Below are positions 16,303 to 24,476 of a DNA stretch of 32,000 nt, in pieces. The position numbers were made by a program, and so were the translations under genes. Every line of letters starts with the position of its first letter. The stretch's first letter is position 1. Below the pieces are notes generated by a model. That model saw only the letters and a program-made list of their open reading frames with translations, did not search any database and was not told the DNA's origin. The DNA comes from Fibrobacter succinogenes subsp. succinogenes S85 (lineage in GTDB: Bacteria > Fibrobacterota > Fibrobacteria > Fibrobacterales > Fibrobacteraceae), in the NCBI RefSeq assembly GCF_000146505.1, contig NC_017448.1, positions 3,300,001 through 3,332,000 of the forward strand, read 5' to 3'.

Positions 16303-16333
16303 AAAAAAGAAGATGCCCGCTCATGACGGGCAT
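16303..16333 (-). terminator. Rho-independent terminator after the GGDEF gene pair
   Basis: The minus strand has ATGCCCG - tcatgag - CGGGCAT followed by CTTCTTTTTT. Confidence 0.65.
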
Positions 16334-16359
16334 AACAAAGTATTGAAAATGCGAAACTT

Positions 16360-17775
16360 TTACAGCCGCTTTCTGTTGGCGGGGAACCGGTCGTAGTAAC
16401 GCTTCTTGTCTTCGTACATGCGGACATCGGCTTCGTGCATGGCTGTGCGAATGTCTCCTCCGTTTGCATCGTAGTAGAACCCGATGGCAAAACTGACCTT
16501 GCCCGGAATCATCGATTTTTCACGGAGCGTTTTAACTTTAGCTTCGAGCTCTTCTTTCGACTTGTCGAGGGCGATAATCAAGAACTCGTCGCCACCTGCG
16601 CGGTAGAATTCGCAACCGTCGAACGTGAATTTTAAAAGCTGTGAAGCGTCTTTTAAAAGCTTGTCGCCTGCATCGTGACCTTTATTATCGTTGACTGGCT
16701 TGAGGCCGTTCAAGTCTGCAAAGATGATACCGAGCGACTTGTACTGCACTTCGCCATTCAAGAACTGCGTTACGCGATTGTTCATGGAATTACGGTTCAT
16801 GACGCCCGTCAAGAGGTCCATGCTGCTGAGTAGTTCTAGCTGGTTCAAAAGCTGGTAGTTCGCAATTTCCGAGGCGACAAAGAATGCCGAAAGCTCAAGT
16901 GTTTCACGTATGTAGAGCGTGTTCGACGTGTCGAAATTCGTGGCCCAGAAAAAGCCTAGAGTAAGGCCGTTGTATTCGAGTGGCAAGAGGACAAGGCTAT
17001 TGACGTTGGCGGCTACAAGCGAATTATACCATGCCGGGTTTTCCTGATGGATGACTTCGAGGTCATCCTTGTTCTTGATTATCAGGCAATTGCTTCCGTT
17101 CAGTGTCTTTATCCAGGACCTTGCGTAATCGACAAAGTTTTCGGATTTGAGTTCACGAATGGAACGGATCCCGGAATCCGGCTTTAAGGCATCGCTAAAT
17201 ACGGACCACGTGTTGTCTTTGAAGTCCGTCAGCATCACGCAGCAATAGCTTGCATCACAGATTTTGCGGATGTCCTCGATGACTTCGTCCATGGTCTTTT
17301 GCAAGTTTTTAGTACTGCGCAACTTGATACAAGTCTGCAATACGTTGGATGAAGTCTTAGCCGAAATGTTCGACATCGCGTCGACATTTTCTTCGAACGT
17401 AATTTCCTGGGAGTAGCTACAATACGCCTTTTTCGGGTCGTCAATAGCGAGCGGCATCATGTACAGGTTGATGCAGAAGGTGTAGCGCTCGGGGCGGATG
17501 TAGGCGTGTACAGGTTTCTTTTTGATGGCACATTCGTAGCAGAAGTTCTCGAAGTTGAGTTCCTTCTTCATGTAGCGTTCGTAGCTACTGCCGGGGACAA
17601 ACTTTTCCTTAAAGACGACATTGCCATCTTTGTCGACCTTTTCCATGGCGCGGATATACAGGTCATTTGCGGCCTCGATGCGGATGGTGCCGATTCTGTC
17701 ATCATCGCGCTTTTCGACCGACAAGATGCTTGTCATCGTGTGGAAGTTATCTACAAATTTCTGCAAATCCATCAT
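16360..17775 (-). CDS. Cytoplasmic diguanylate cyclase: N-terminal sensor (PAS-like) - GAF-like - GGDEF (downstream paralog)
   Basis: The C-terminus has an intact GGDEF domain (LLTGVMNRN, FADLNGLKPVND, YRAGGDEFLI). I see no RxxD I-site and no TM segments. The start is taken at the ATG that overlaps the upstream stop (TAATG), giving MMDLQKF. The track start at 17790 is 5 codons further upstream. Confidence 0.75.
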   Translation of the reverse strand: MMDLQKFVDNFHTMTSILSVEKRDDDRIGTIRIEAANDLYIRAMEKVDKDGNVVFKEKFVPGSSYERYMKKELNFENFCYECAIKKKPVHAYIRPERYTFCINLYMMPLAIDDPKKAYCSYSQEITFEENVDAMSNISAKTSSNVLQTCIKLRSTKNLQKTMDEVIEDIRKICDASYCCVMLTDFKDNTWSVFSDALKPDSGIRSIRELKSENFVDYARSWIKTLNGSNCLIIKNKDDLEVIHQENPAWYNSLVAANVNSLVLLPLEYNGLTLGFFWATNFDTSNTLYIRETLELSAFFVASEIANYQLLNQLELLSSMDLLTGVMNRNSMNNRVTQFLNGEVQYKSLGIIFADLNGLKPVNDNKGHDAGDKLLKDASQLLKFTFDGCEFYRAGGDEFLIIALDKSKEELEAKVKTLREKSMIPGKVSFAIGFYYDANGGDIRTAMHEADVRMYEDKKRYYDRFPANRKRL

Positions 17776-19187
17776 TAACGGTTCCTGCACTCAGGGTGCC
17801 TTTCATAAAAAGCTTTTTTATCGTTGTACATGTTAGCGTCGGCTTCACGCATGGCTTTTCGGATGTCGCCACCATTTTCTTCGTAATAGAATCCGACGGC
17901 AAAACTGATTTTGTTCGGGTCGTCCGATTTCTTTCGGAGCATTTCGACTTTGTGGCTTAGAGTTTCTTTGGAGTTCTCCATGTCAATGATCAGGAACTCG
18001 TCGCCACCGGCACGGTAAATCTCTGAATTTTCGAAAGTCGACTTGAGGATTTCGGCACCGTCTTTGAGGAGCTGGTCGCCTGCACCGTGGCCTTCGCTGT
18101 CGTTGATGTATTTGAGGCTGTTCAAGTCGGCAAAGACAATCCCATAGCTGTTTGGAACTCTTTCGCGGCCGGATAAAATCTTGAGAATGCGGTTGTTCAT
18201 TGCGTTGCGGTTCTTGACTTCGGTCAAGAGGTCCGTAGAACTCAGCTTTTCGAGTTTTTGCAGCAGCTGGTAGTTGGCTATTTCCGATGCGATAAAGTAC
18301 GTCGAAAGTTCGAGCGTTTCCTTGATGTGGTCTGTTTCTTCAAGAGCAAAGTTGGTCGCCCAAATAAAACCGATGATGTCTTCGTTGTACTTGAGCGGGA
18401 ACAGCGCAAGCCTTTCGATATTGGCAGACCGCATGGATTTGTACCAGGCCGGATGGCGGGCTTTGATATCTTCCTTGTCTTGTTCGTTCTTGACGAGCAA
18501 GCAAGTGCTCCCGTTGATGATGTCTAGCCAGGACTTGGCGTAGTCGATAAATTCATCGTTCAAAAAGTCTGCAAGCGTGTGCCTGCCGATTTCGGGGGCG
18601 GCATTTTCGCTGAGCAAGGAGCATTTGCGTGCCTTGAAGTCCGTCAACATGATGCAGCAGTAATTGGCCTTGCAGATGTTACGGATGTCAGCCATCACCT
18701 CGTCCATGGTCTTGAGGAAGTTCTTGGTGCTGCGGAGCTTGATGCAGGTCTTGAGCACATCGGCAGTTGTCTTTGCCGAAAGGCTCTGCAACGAATCAGT
18801 GTTCATCTCGGTCGACAGTTCTTGCGTGTAGGTGCAGTAGCACTTGAACGGGTCTTCAAAATCGAGGGGCAGGCTGAAGATATTGAACCAGACATCGAAC
18901 CTTTCCGGGTGGATGTAGGCGTGCATCGGCTTTTTGAGGACGGCGCTGCTATAGATAAAATGTTCGAAGTTCAGGTCCTTGGGAATATACGCTGTGTATT
19001 CCTGGCCCGGGATAAACCTCTTGCCGAATGGCATGTCGATAAGGTTGCCACTATTTTTTTCGAAGGAGTCAATATATGCCTTGTTCCCGACTTCGATACG
19101 CATCTTGCCGTAGCCGTTGGGCTTTTTCTCGACGGACATGATGCAGGTCATCGAATCGAACTGATTGACATATTCCTGTAAATCCAT
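17775..19187 (-). CDS. Cytoplasmic diguanylate cyclase: N-terminal sensor (PAS-like) - GAF-like - GGDEF (upstream paralog)
   Basis: It is about half identical by eye to the neighbouring gene along its whole length (MDLQEYVNQF, TCIKLRSTKN, SEIANYQLL, YRAGGDEFLII). The start is taken at the ATG at 19187, preceded by GAAGGAG. The track start at 19226 has no RBS. Confidence 0.75.
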   Translation of the reverse strand: MDLQEYVNQFDSMTCIMSVEKKPNGYGKMRIEVGNKAYIDSFEKNSGNLIDMPFGKRFIPGQEYTAYIPKDLNFEHFIYSSAVLKKPMHAYIHPERFDVWFNIFSLPLDFEDPFKCYCTYTQELSTEMNTDSLQSLSAKTTADVLKTCIKLRSTKNFLKTMDEVMADIRNICKANYCCIMLTDFKARKCSLLSENAAPEIGRHTLADFLNDEFIDYAKSWLDIINGSTCLLVKNEQDKEDIKARHPAWYKSMRSANIERLALFPLKYNEDIIGFIWATNFALEETDHIKETLELSTYFIASEIANYQLLQKLEKLSSTDLLTEVKNRNAMNNRILKILSGRERVPNSYGIVFADLNSLKYINDSEGHGAGDQLLKDGAEILKSTFENSEIYRAGGDEFLIIDMENSKETLSHKVEMLRKKSDDPNKISFAVGFYYEENGGDIRKAMREADANMYNDKKAFYERHPECRNR

Positions 19188-19343
19188 ATTTGCTCCTTCG
19201 TAGGCTTTTTGTAAATAAAAAGTCATATATAAAGATAATATGAAACACGCAAGTTGGGTCGATTTGTTTGACTTTTTTTGTAATTTCGCCTTGAAATGGG
19301 GTGATTTCCCTCACGTTATTCACGATTTTTTATATTCTCGCCA

Positions 19344-19760
19344 ATGACCCACGATACGCTATTTGACCCGATTCGCAAAAAAGAAGTCCCCGCAACGCCC
19401 GAAGAGCATGTCCGCCAGGTGACGGTGCGCTATTTGCTCGATGTGGTGAAGGTGCCGGAGCACTTGATTGCGGTGGAATTTCCGCTTTCGTCGATTGATG
19501 TAAAGACGGCGGACCGCGTGGATATCATGGTGCATAATTTTCGGGCGGGGGCGCCTCTGGACAAACCCTGGCTTTTGGTGGAGTGCAAGGCTCCGGGCGA
19601 ATACACGTGGCCTGTGCTGCAACAGCAGCTGAACAAGTATTTGCAAATCTTGACGCCGAACTACGTGATGCTTGCGTTAGGCGATTGCGTGCGCTATTTT
19701 GAGTTGGACTCCGTGACGCACCGGTTCAAGAAAATCGAGTGCCTGCCGGTATTTGGTTAA
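19344..19760 (+). CDS. Standalone type I restriction enzyme HsdR N-terminal-domain-like protein (PD-(D/E)xK fold), 138 aa
   Basis: The motif order IRKKEVPATPEEHVRQ ... IAVE ... DRVDIMV ... LLVECKAP matches the HSDR_N-type small proteins common in FCB-group genomes, as I recall them. The catalytic-type D...E-x-K is present. Confidence 0.7.
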   Translation: MTHDTLFDPIRKKEVPATPEEHVRQVTVRYLLDVVKVPEHLIAVEFPLSSIDVKTADRVDIMVHNFRAGAPLDKPWLLVECKAPGEYTWPVLQQQLNKYLQILTPNYVMLALGDCVRYFELDSVTHRFKKIECLPVFG

Positions 19761-19764
19761 GGCG

Positions 19765-21063
19765 CTACTTTACAACAGACAAAACGTCCCCGTCGGCGAG
19801 TCGTGTCTTGATGGTGTCGCCGCTTTTGAGCTGGCTTGCCTTGCGGATAAATTTCCCGTTTTCATCGAGCGTGAGCGAATAGCCCTTGGCGAGAGTTGTT
19901 TTGGGGTCTGCGTTTTTGACTTTTTCGCTGACGAGTTCGAATTGCGATTTTGCGAGGTCGAGAATCTTGCGGGAACCTTGCTTTAAACCTTCTTGGTTGC
20001 GGTTTAAGCGCTCGTGCTCAGACTTTATATAAAATGCGGTGTCCTTCTTGATGGAGGCGGCTATGAGCACGTGTTTGGATTTTTCGTTCTGGATGAGCCC
20101 GAAAACTTTTTGCTGGAGCTGGTTTCCCATTGTGCCGAGTTGCTTGTTGTTTTCGGTGAGTAGGTCGCGGGCGCCGTCGGCAATGCTTGCCATCGCTTCA
20201 GTCATTCGGTTCCAGCTGTCCGTGACGCGTTCCACGAGACGCTTCGCGCAGTCTGTGGGCGTGATGCACGAGAGGTAAGCGACTTCGTCCAAAAGGCAGC
20301 GGTCGATTTCGTGACCGATTCCCGTAAAGACGGGGGTGGGGTAGTTTGCGACCGCACGGCAGAGCGCTTCGCTATCAAAAAAGTTCAAGTCCGTCTTGGC
20401 GCCACCACCGCGAACAATGCAGACTACATCTAAATTTGAATCGCTCTGGAGCTGCTCCAGTGCGGCGATGATGCTGTCTTCGGTTTCGTTCCCTTGCATC
20501 CGCGCATAGATCGTCGTGACTTCGAACGCAAACGGCGAAGCTTCAAGTCGCGTGGTGAAGTCCTTGTACGCGGCCGTATTTTCGCCGGTGATGAGCCCCA
20601 CGCGGAGCGGCACGTCGGCAAGTTCAAGCTGCTTGTTCTTTTCGAGCAAGCCTTCCATCGCAAGGCGCTTCAAGATGGCGCTTTTGGTCAGTGCAAGTTC
20701 GCCAATCGTGTAAACCGGGTCGATGTCCAGGATTTGCGCCTGCAACTTTCCGTACGGGATGTACAGTTCTGCGCGCACGAGAAAATTGACTTTCAAGTCG
20801 TGCTTGAGCGTAAACGGTTGCGAAAGGCTAGAAATCTTGGCGAGAATCGCATCGTACTTGGCGGTGTAGCAGTAAAGGGCGAGGGTGGCCTTGGGCTTCA
20901 CGTCGCCATCGGCGAAGTCCGCAATGCTCAGGTAAACGCCTGACTTCTTTTCCGCAATTTGCGAAATGACCCCATGCACCCAAACCGCAGGCGTAGCCTC
21001 TACGGTGTTCTTGAGCGAACGCATGTACTGTGTGACCGAATATGTACGAACTTCTTGATCCAT
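19765..21063 (-). CDS. xseA: Exodeoxyribonuclease VII large subunit
   Basis: It has an N-terminal OB-fold region (VWVHGVISQ), a central catalytic region (VGLITGENTAAYKDF, VRGGGAKTDL) and a long C-terminal helical tail. It is 432 aa long. No xseB is adjacent. Confidence 0.85.
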   Translation of the reverse strand: MDQEVRTYSVTQYMRSLKNTVEATPAVWVHGVISQIAEKKSGVYLSIADFADGDVKPKATLALYCYTAKYDAILAKISSLSQPFTLKHDLKVNFLVRAELYIPYGKLQAQILDIDPVYTIGELALTKSAILKRLAMEGLLEKNKQLELADVPLRVGLITGENTAAYKDFTTRLEASPFAFEVTTIYARMQGNETEDSIIAALEQLQSDSNLDVVCIVRGGGAKTDLNFFDSEALCRAVANYPTPVFTGIGHEIDRCLLDEVAYLSCITPTDCAKRLVERVTDSWNRMTEAMASIADGARDLLTENNKQLGTMGNQLQQKVFGLIQNEKSKHVLIAASIKKDTAFYIKSEHERLNRNQEGLKQGSRKILDLAKSQFELVSEKVKNADPKTTLAKGYSLTLDENGKFIRKASQLKSGDTIKTRLADGDVLSVVK

Positions 21064-21089
21064 TTTTGAGGCGGTCGCCTTTACCTGTC

Positions 21090-21109
21090 ATGCCCGCGAA
21101 GGCGGGCAT
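21090..21109. repeat. GC-rich hairpin ATGCCCGC-gaag-GCGGGCAT in the xseA/phd divergent intergenic region
   Basis: The stem is a perfect 8 bp. The same ATGCCCG/CGGGCAT stem recurs at 16313-16333. The TGTCAT...ATC flanks are shared with the hairpin at 21463-21480. Confidence 0.7.
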
Positions 21110-21176
21110 CTCCTTTCAAGCATTTTGACGTTTGTTGTAATAATAATTAAATTGCTTAGAAAACAAAGGACACCCC

Positions 21177-21380
21177 GTGTCAAAAGTAGTTTCTGCAATG
21201 GATATGCGTCAGAATTTTGGGACGCTCTTGAACCAGGTCGCCATCAAGGATGAAGAAATAGTCATTGAACGTGCTGGCAAGCCTTTGGCACGCCTTGTGA
21301 GCATGAATTCCGCCACAAGCGGCAAACTCGACTTCCGTGATATCGGCAAACTCCCGAACGACATCTGGAACGAACTTTAG
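21177..21380 (+). CDS. Phd/YefM-family type II antitoxin, with no cognate toxin gene adjacent
   Basis: (V)SKVVSAMDMRQNFGTLLNQVAIKDEEIVIERAGKPLARLVSM matches the canonical Phd/YefM N-terminal fold pattern. It has a GTG start and is 67 aa long. Confidence 0.7.
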   Translation: MSKVVSAMDMRQNFGTLLNQVAIKDEEIVIERAGKPLARLVSMNSATSGKLDFRDIGKLPNDIWNEL

Positions 21381-21420
21381 TTTGTATTTATTTGCTGAAG
21401 GCTGTAAAAAACATCTTAAC

Positions 21421-21449
21421 GAAAAACGCCCCCGACCAAGTCGGAGGCG
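21421..21449 (-). terminator. Rho-independent terminator of the nuo operon
   Basis: The minus strand has CGCCTCCGAC - ttg - GTCGGGGGCG followed by TTTTTC. The 10-bp stem has one mismatch. It lies about 50 nt downstream of the nuoN stop. Confidence 0.7.
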
Positions 21450-21498
21450 AAATTGTAATGTCATTCTCCGTTAGGAGAATCAAGGCGTTTCCCCTTGT

Positions 21499-22941
21499 TT
21501 AATTCATAAATCCGGCAAAGATGTTATTGCTCAGGAACGGCAGGAATCCAAGAACGATTACGGCTGCGCTCAAGAGAATGATGACTTCGCGCTGGCGCTT
21601 GGTGAGGCGGAGCGGGTTCAAATGTCCGTCAGGTTCATCGACCCAGGCGGCCTTGATGAGCTGCAAGTAGTAGAAGAGCGCAATGACGTTGTTCAAAACG
21701 GCGAATGCCACGAGCGTGTAATGGCCTGTCGAAGCTCCGCTGAAGAACAGGTGGAACTTGCCAAAGAAGCCGGCGAGAGGCGGGATGCCTGCCAAGCTGA
21801 ACATCGAAATCGCAAGAGCGATGGCGAGACTCGGGTTCTGCTTAGAAAGTCCGCGGAGCGACTGGAAAGTCTCTTCGCGGTGATGCCCGATGATGCCGAA
21901 CACGAAGAAGGCGAGGTAGTTCGAAACAGCATAGACAAAGAGGTAATAGATGATAGCTGTCTTTGCTGTTGTTGCAGGGCCGAGCAAGGCGACCATAATG
22001 TAGCCTGCCTGAGCGATAGAGCTGTAAGCCATGAAACGGCGGAGGCGGCTCTGCTTTAAAGCACCGAGGTTACCGACAAAGAGCGTGACGCCTGCGAGGA
22101 GCGCAATGAGCGGTGCCATCTTGTCTTGAATCGGGGCGAGCGGGCCATAGACGAGCACGACGAGGAATGCAATGGCGGTTGCCTTTGAGGTCACGGAAAG
22201 CACGGCGGTTACCGGCGTCGGAGCGCCTTCGTAAACGTCCGGAGCCCAGGTGTAGAACGGGAACAGCGTGAGCTTGAATCCGATTCCGCAGAAGAGGAAC
22301 AGCACGGCAATCCACAAGAGCGGGCTAGAACCGCTTGCGACGGCGGCCTGAATCTCGTTGAAGTGGAGGCTTCCGGAGAAACCGTAGAGGTAGCTGAAGC
22401 CGAACAGTTCAAATGCTGTGGCGACAGATCCCATCAAGATGTACTTGGTAGCAGCTTCGGAACCGTACTGGTCGCGTTTGTTCCAGGCGGCGAGCGCGTA
22501 CATCGGGATGGTCGCAATTTCGAGGCCGAGGAAGAACGTGAGCAAGTCGCAGGCACTCACGACCGTGAATCCACCGAACGTCGCAAATGCGATGGCGCCG
22601 ATGAATTCGGCAATCTGGTGCATAGGCGGCTTCTTGTCGGCGCCGTGTTCAAAGTAGTCTTTGGAAAGCCACATGCCAAGGAGCGCGCTTACCATGAGCA
22701 CTTCGCGCATGAGCACGCCGAAGTCGTCCACTTTCCAGTTGCAGATAAAGAACTTGCCGTTGCCGCTCGCGAGCGGGATGAAGTTCAGCAAGAAGAAAAT
22801 GGCGATAAAGCCGATGTTTGCTATGCGCCACGGGACTTTGGATTGCGTGGTCACGAAAAGGCGAATCCCAATCACGACGAACGGGAAAATCAGCAGCAAA
22901 ACGTCAGGTAGAATGAAGTTTGGAATTGCAAAATTTGTCAT
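21499..22941 (-). CDS. nuoN: NADH-quinone oxidoreductase subunit N
   Basis: It is a 480-aa polytopic antiporter-like protein and the last gene of the nuo cluster. Confidence 0.85.
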   Translation of the reverse strand: MTNFAIPNFILPDVLLLIFPFVVIGIRLFVTTQSKVPWRIANIGFIAIFFLLNFIPLASGNGKFFICNWKVDDFGVLMREVLMVSALLGMWLSKDYFEHGADKKPPMHQIAEFIGAIAFATFGGFTVVSACDLLTFFLGLEIATIPMYALAAWNKRDQYGSEAATKYILMGSVATAFELFGFSYLYGFSGSLHFNEIQAAVASGSSPLLWIAVLFLFCGIGFKLTLFPFYTWAPDVYEGAPTPVTAVLSVTSKATAIAFLVVLVYGPLAPIQDKMAPLIALLAGVTLFVGNLGALKQSRLRRFMAYSSIAQAGYIMVALLGPATTAKTAIIYYLFVYAVSNYLAFFVFGIIGHHREETFQSLRGLSKQNPSLAIALAISMFSLAGIPPLAGFFGKFHLFFSGASTGHYTLVAFAVLNNVIALFYYLQLIKAAWVDEPDGHLNPLRLTKRQREVIILLSAAVIVLGFLPFLSNNIFAGFMN

Positions 22942-22952
22942 AATTAAACCTA

Positions 22953-24467
22953 CTATAAACCTGCCGATGAAATCTTTTCAAAGATAGGTGCAATGCTCTG
23001 GTCTAAGAGTTCCGAAATCCAGCCGGGGCAAACACCGATGAACAACAAGCAGGCAACGAGAACGACGATGACCAACTTTTCGCGGAAGCATCCGTCGGTG
23101 AGGCTTTCGTACTTCTGCGGAAGTGGACCGTGAAGCATACGGTTCGCGGTTTGCAGAATGTAGACGGCGGTTGTCGTGATGGAGAGAATCGCGAGAATCG
23201 TCACGATGCGCGTGAGCGTAGAATCTTGCTGGAACGCTCCAATGAAGATGGTGCTTTCGGCAATGAATCCGCTAAAGCCCGGGAGGCCAAGCCCTGCAAA
23301 ACCGGCAAGCACAAAGCCAACGCCGAGGAACGGCATCTTGCGCATGATACCGCCCATTTCCGTGATATCGCGGGTGTGGGTGCGTTCGTAAATCATGCCG
23401 ATGGTCGCGAAGAAGAGGCCTGTCAAGAATCCATGAGAAATCATCTGGAGGCTAGCGCCGCGAAGTCCAATCGGCGTGAGGGCTGCAAGTCCGAGGAAGA
23501 TGAGGCCCAAGTGGCTGATGGAGCTGTAAGCGGTGATGTACTTGAGGTCCTTGTGGCGGATGGCGATGAACGGGCCGAGAACCACATTAAAGATGAGGAG
23601 CGCTACAACGTACGGGAGCCAAATCTTGGCGGCTTCGGGCATGAGGAACATGGCAACGCGGAGGCATCCGTAGGCACCCATTTTCATCATCACGCCGGCG
23701 GCGAGCATCGAAACAGCAGTCGGTGCGGCGGAGTGACCGTCTGGGCTCCAGAAGTGGAACGGGAAGAGCGAACTCGAAACGGCGAATCCCATGAACATGA
23801 GCGGGAATGCCCACATCTGGAAATCCATCGGGAGAGTCGTCTTTGCAATTTCAATGAGGTTCCAACTTGTCGCGCCACTTTCGAAGTAAAGTCCGAAGAG
23901 CGTTGCAAGAATCATTGAAGAGCCAAACGCGAGCGTCAATGTGAGCTTTTTACCACCGTAGTCGCGCTTGCCACTGCCGTAGCAGGCAATCATCAAGTAC
24001 ATGCAGAGTGCTTCCATTTCGTAGAACACGAAGAAGAGCACCAGGTCAAAGCTCATGTACACGCCGTAAACGCTTGTTGCCAAGAGCTGGATAAGTGCAA
24101 AGAAAATCTTCTGATTCCCTTTGATCTTGAGGCTTACAAGCACGCCGGCCCAGACGATAAACGCCGTGAGTGCAAGCAACAGCATGTTGAGACCGTCTGC
24201 GCCAACAATGTAGTGGGCATTGAACATCGAGAGCCACGGGATGTCCGTGAAGAACCGGAGCGCAAGCGGTGCGGCTGCTGGATCCGTCGGAGTTCCCGAG
24301 AGGGCGTAGATGGCGTAAGTCAAGTAGCAGACAATTGCAAGGACAATCGTTGCTGACGTGACATGGATGGTTCGGAGCGTCTTTTCGTACGTGGCAGGGA
24401 TCAGTACGCAGGCGAGAACCGTTAAGAGGGGGAGAACCCAAATGGAGTTAAAAAGTATTGTATTCAT
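22953..24467 (-). CDS. nuoM: NADH-quinone oxidoreductase subunit M
   Basis: It is a 504-aa antiporter-like subunit (WSPDGHSAAPTAVSMLLAG-type motif), positioned between nuoL and nuoN. Confidence 0.85.
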   Translation of the reverse strand: MNTILFNSIWVLPLLTVLACVLIPATYEKTLRTIHVTSATIVLAIVCYLTYAIYALSGTPTDPAAAPLALRFFTDIPWLSMFNAHYIVGADGLNMLLLALTAFIVWAGVLVSLKIKGNQKIFFALIQLLATSVYGVYMSFDLVLFFVFYEMEALCMYLMIACYGSGKRDYGGKKLTLTLAFGSSMILATLFGLYFESGATSWNLIEIAKTTLPMDFQMWAFPLMFMGFAVSSSLFPFHFWSPDGHSAAPTAVSMLAAGVMMKMGAYGCLRVAMFLMPEAAKIWLPYVVALLIFNVVLGPFIAIRHKDLKYITAYSSISHLGLIFLGLAALTPIGLRGASLQMISHGFLTGLFFATIGMIYERTHTRDITEMGGIMRKMPFLGVGFVLAGFAGLGLPGFSGFIAESTIFIGAFQQDSTLTRIVTILAILSITTTAVYILQTANRMLHGPLPQKYESLTDGCFREKLVIVVLVACLLFIGVCPGWISELLDQSIAPIFEKISSAGL

Positions 24468-24476
24468 GGGTGCGCC

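Noticed and set aside
14965-16326. A 453-aa plus-strand ORF. Similar long ORFs lie at 2089-2997, 4127-5050, 10335-11174, 23130-23918, 25476-26399, 28967-30028 and 30064-31281.
   Set aside because: Each is codon-aligned antisense to a gene with clear family signatures: aminotransferase, phosphatase, RfbD, MBL hydrolase, NuoM, NuoL, NuoD and NuoBC. Their compositions are typical of reverse-complement frames, and none has a recognisable domain.
17776-17790. The track start (MQEPLMMDLQ) would give a 16-nt overlap between the two GGDEF genes. The track start at 19226 applies to the upstream paralog.
   Set aside because: Both paralogs align from MDLQ. The ATG at 19187 has a GAAGGAG RBS and the ATG at 17775 forms a TAATG coupling junction, so I preferred the shorter starts. 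This is not proven.
20828-21109. A 93-aa minus-strand ORF beginning MPAFAGMTGK.
   Set aside because: Its start codon lies inside the ATGCCCGC/GCGGGCAT hairpin, and the rest overlaps the xseA 5' end out of frame. It is a typical artefact of palindromic repeats.
21381-21498. A possible toxin gene downstream of the Phd/YefM antitoxin.
   Set aside because: Only 118 nt are available. The best frame (TTG start, about 37 codons) runs through the nuo terminator and hairpin and has no toxin-like features. The antisense 94-aa ORF 21180-21464 merely shadows the antitoxin.
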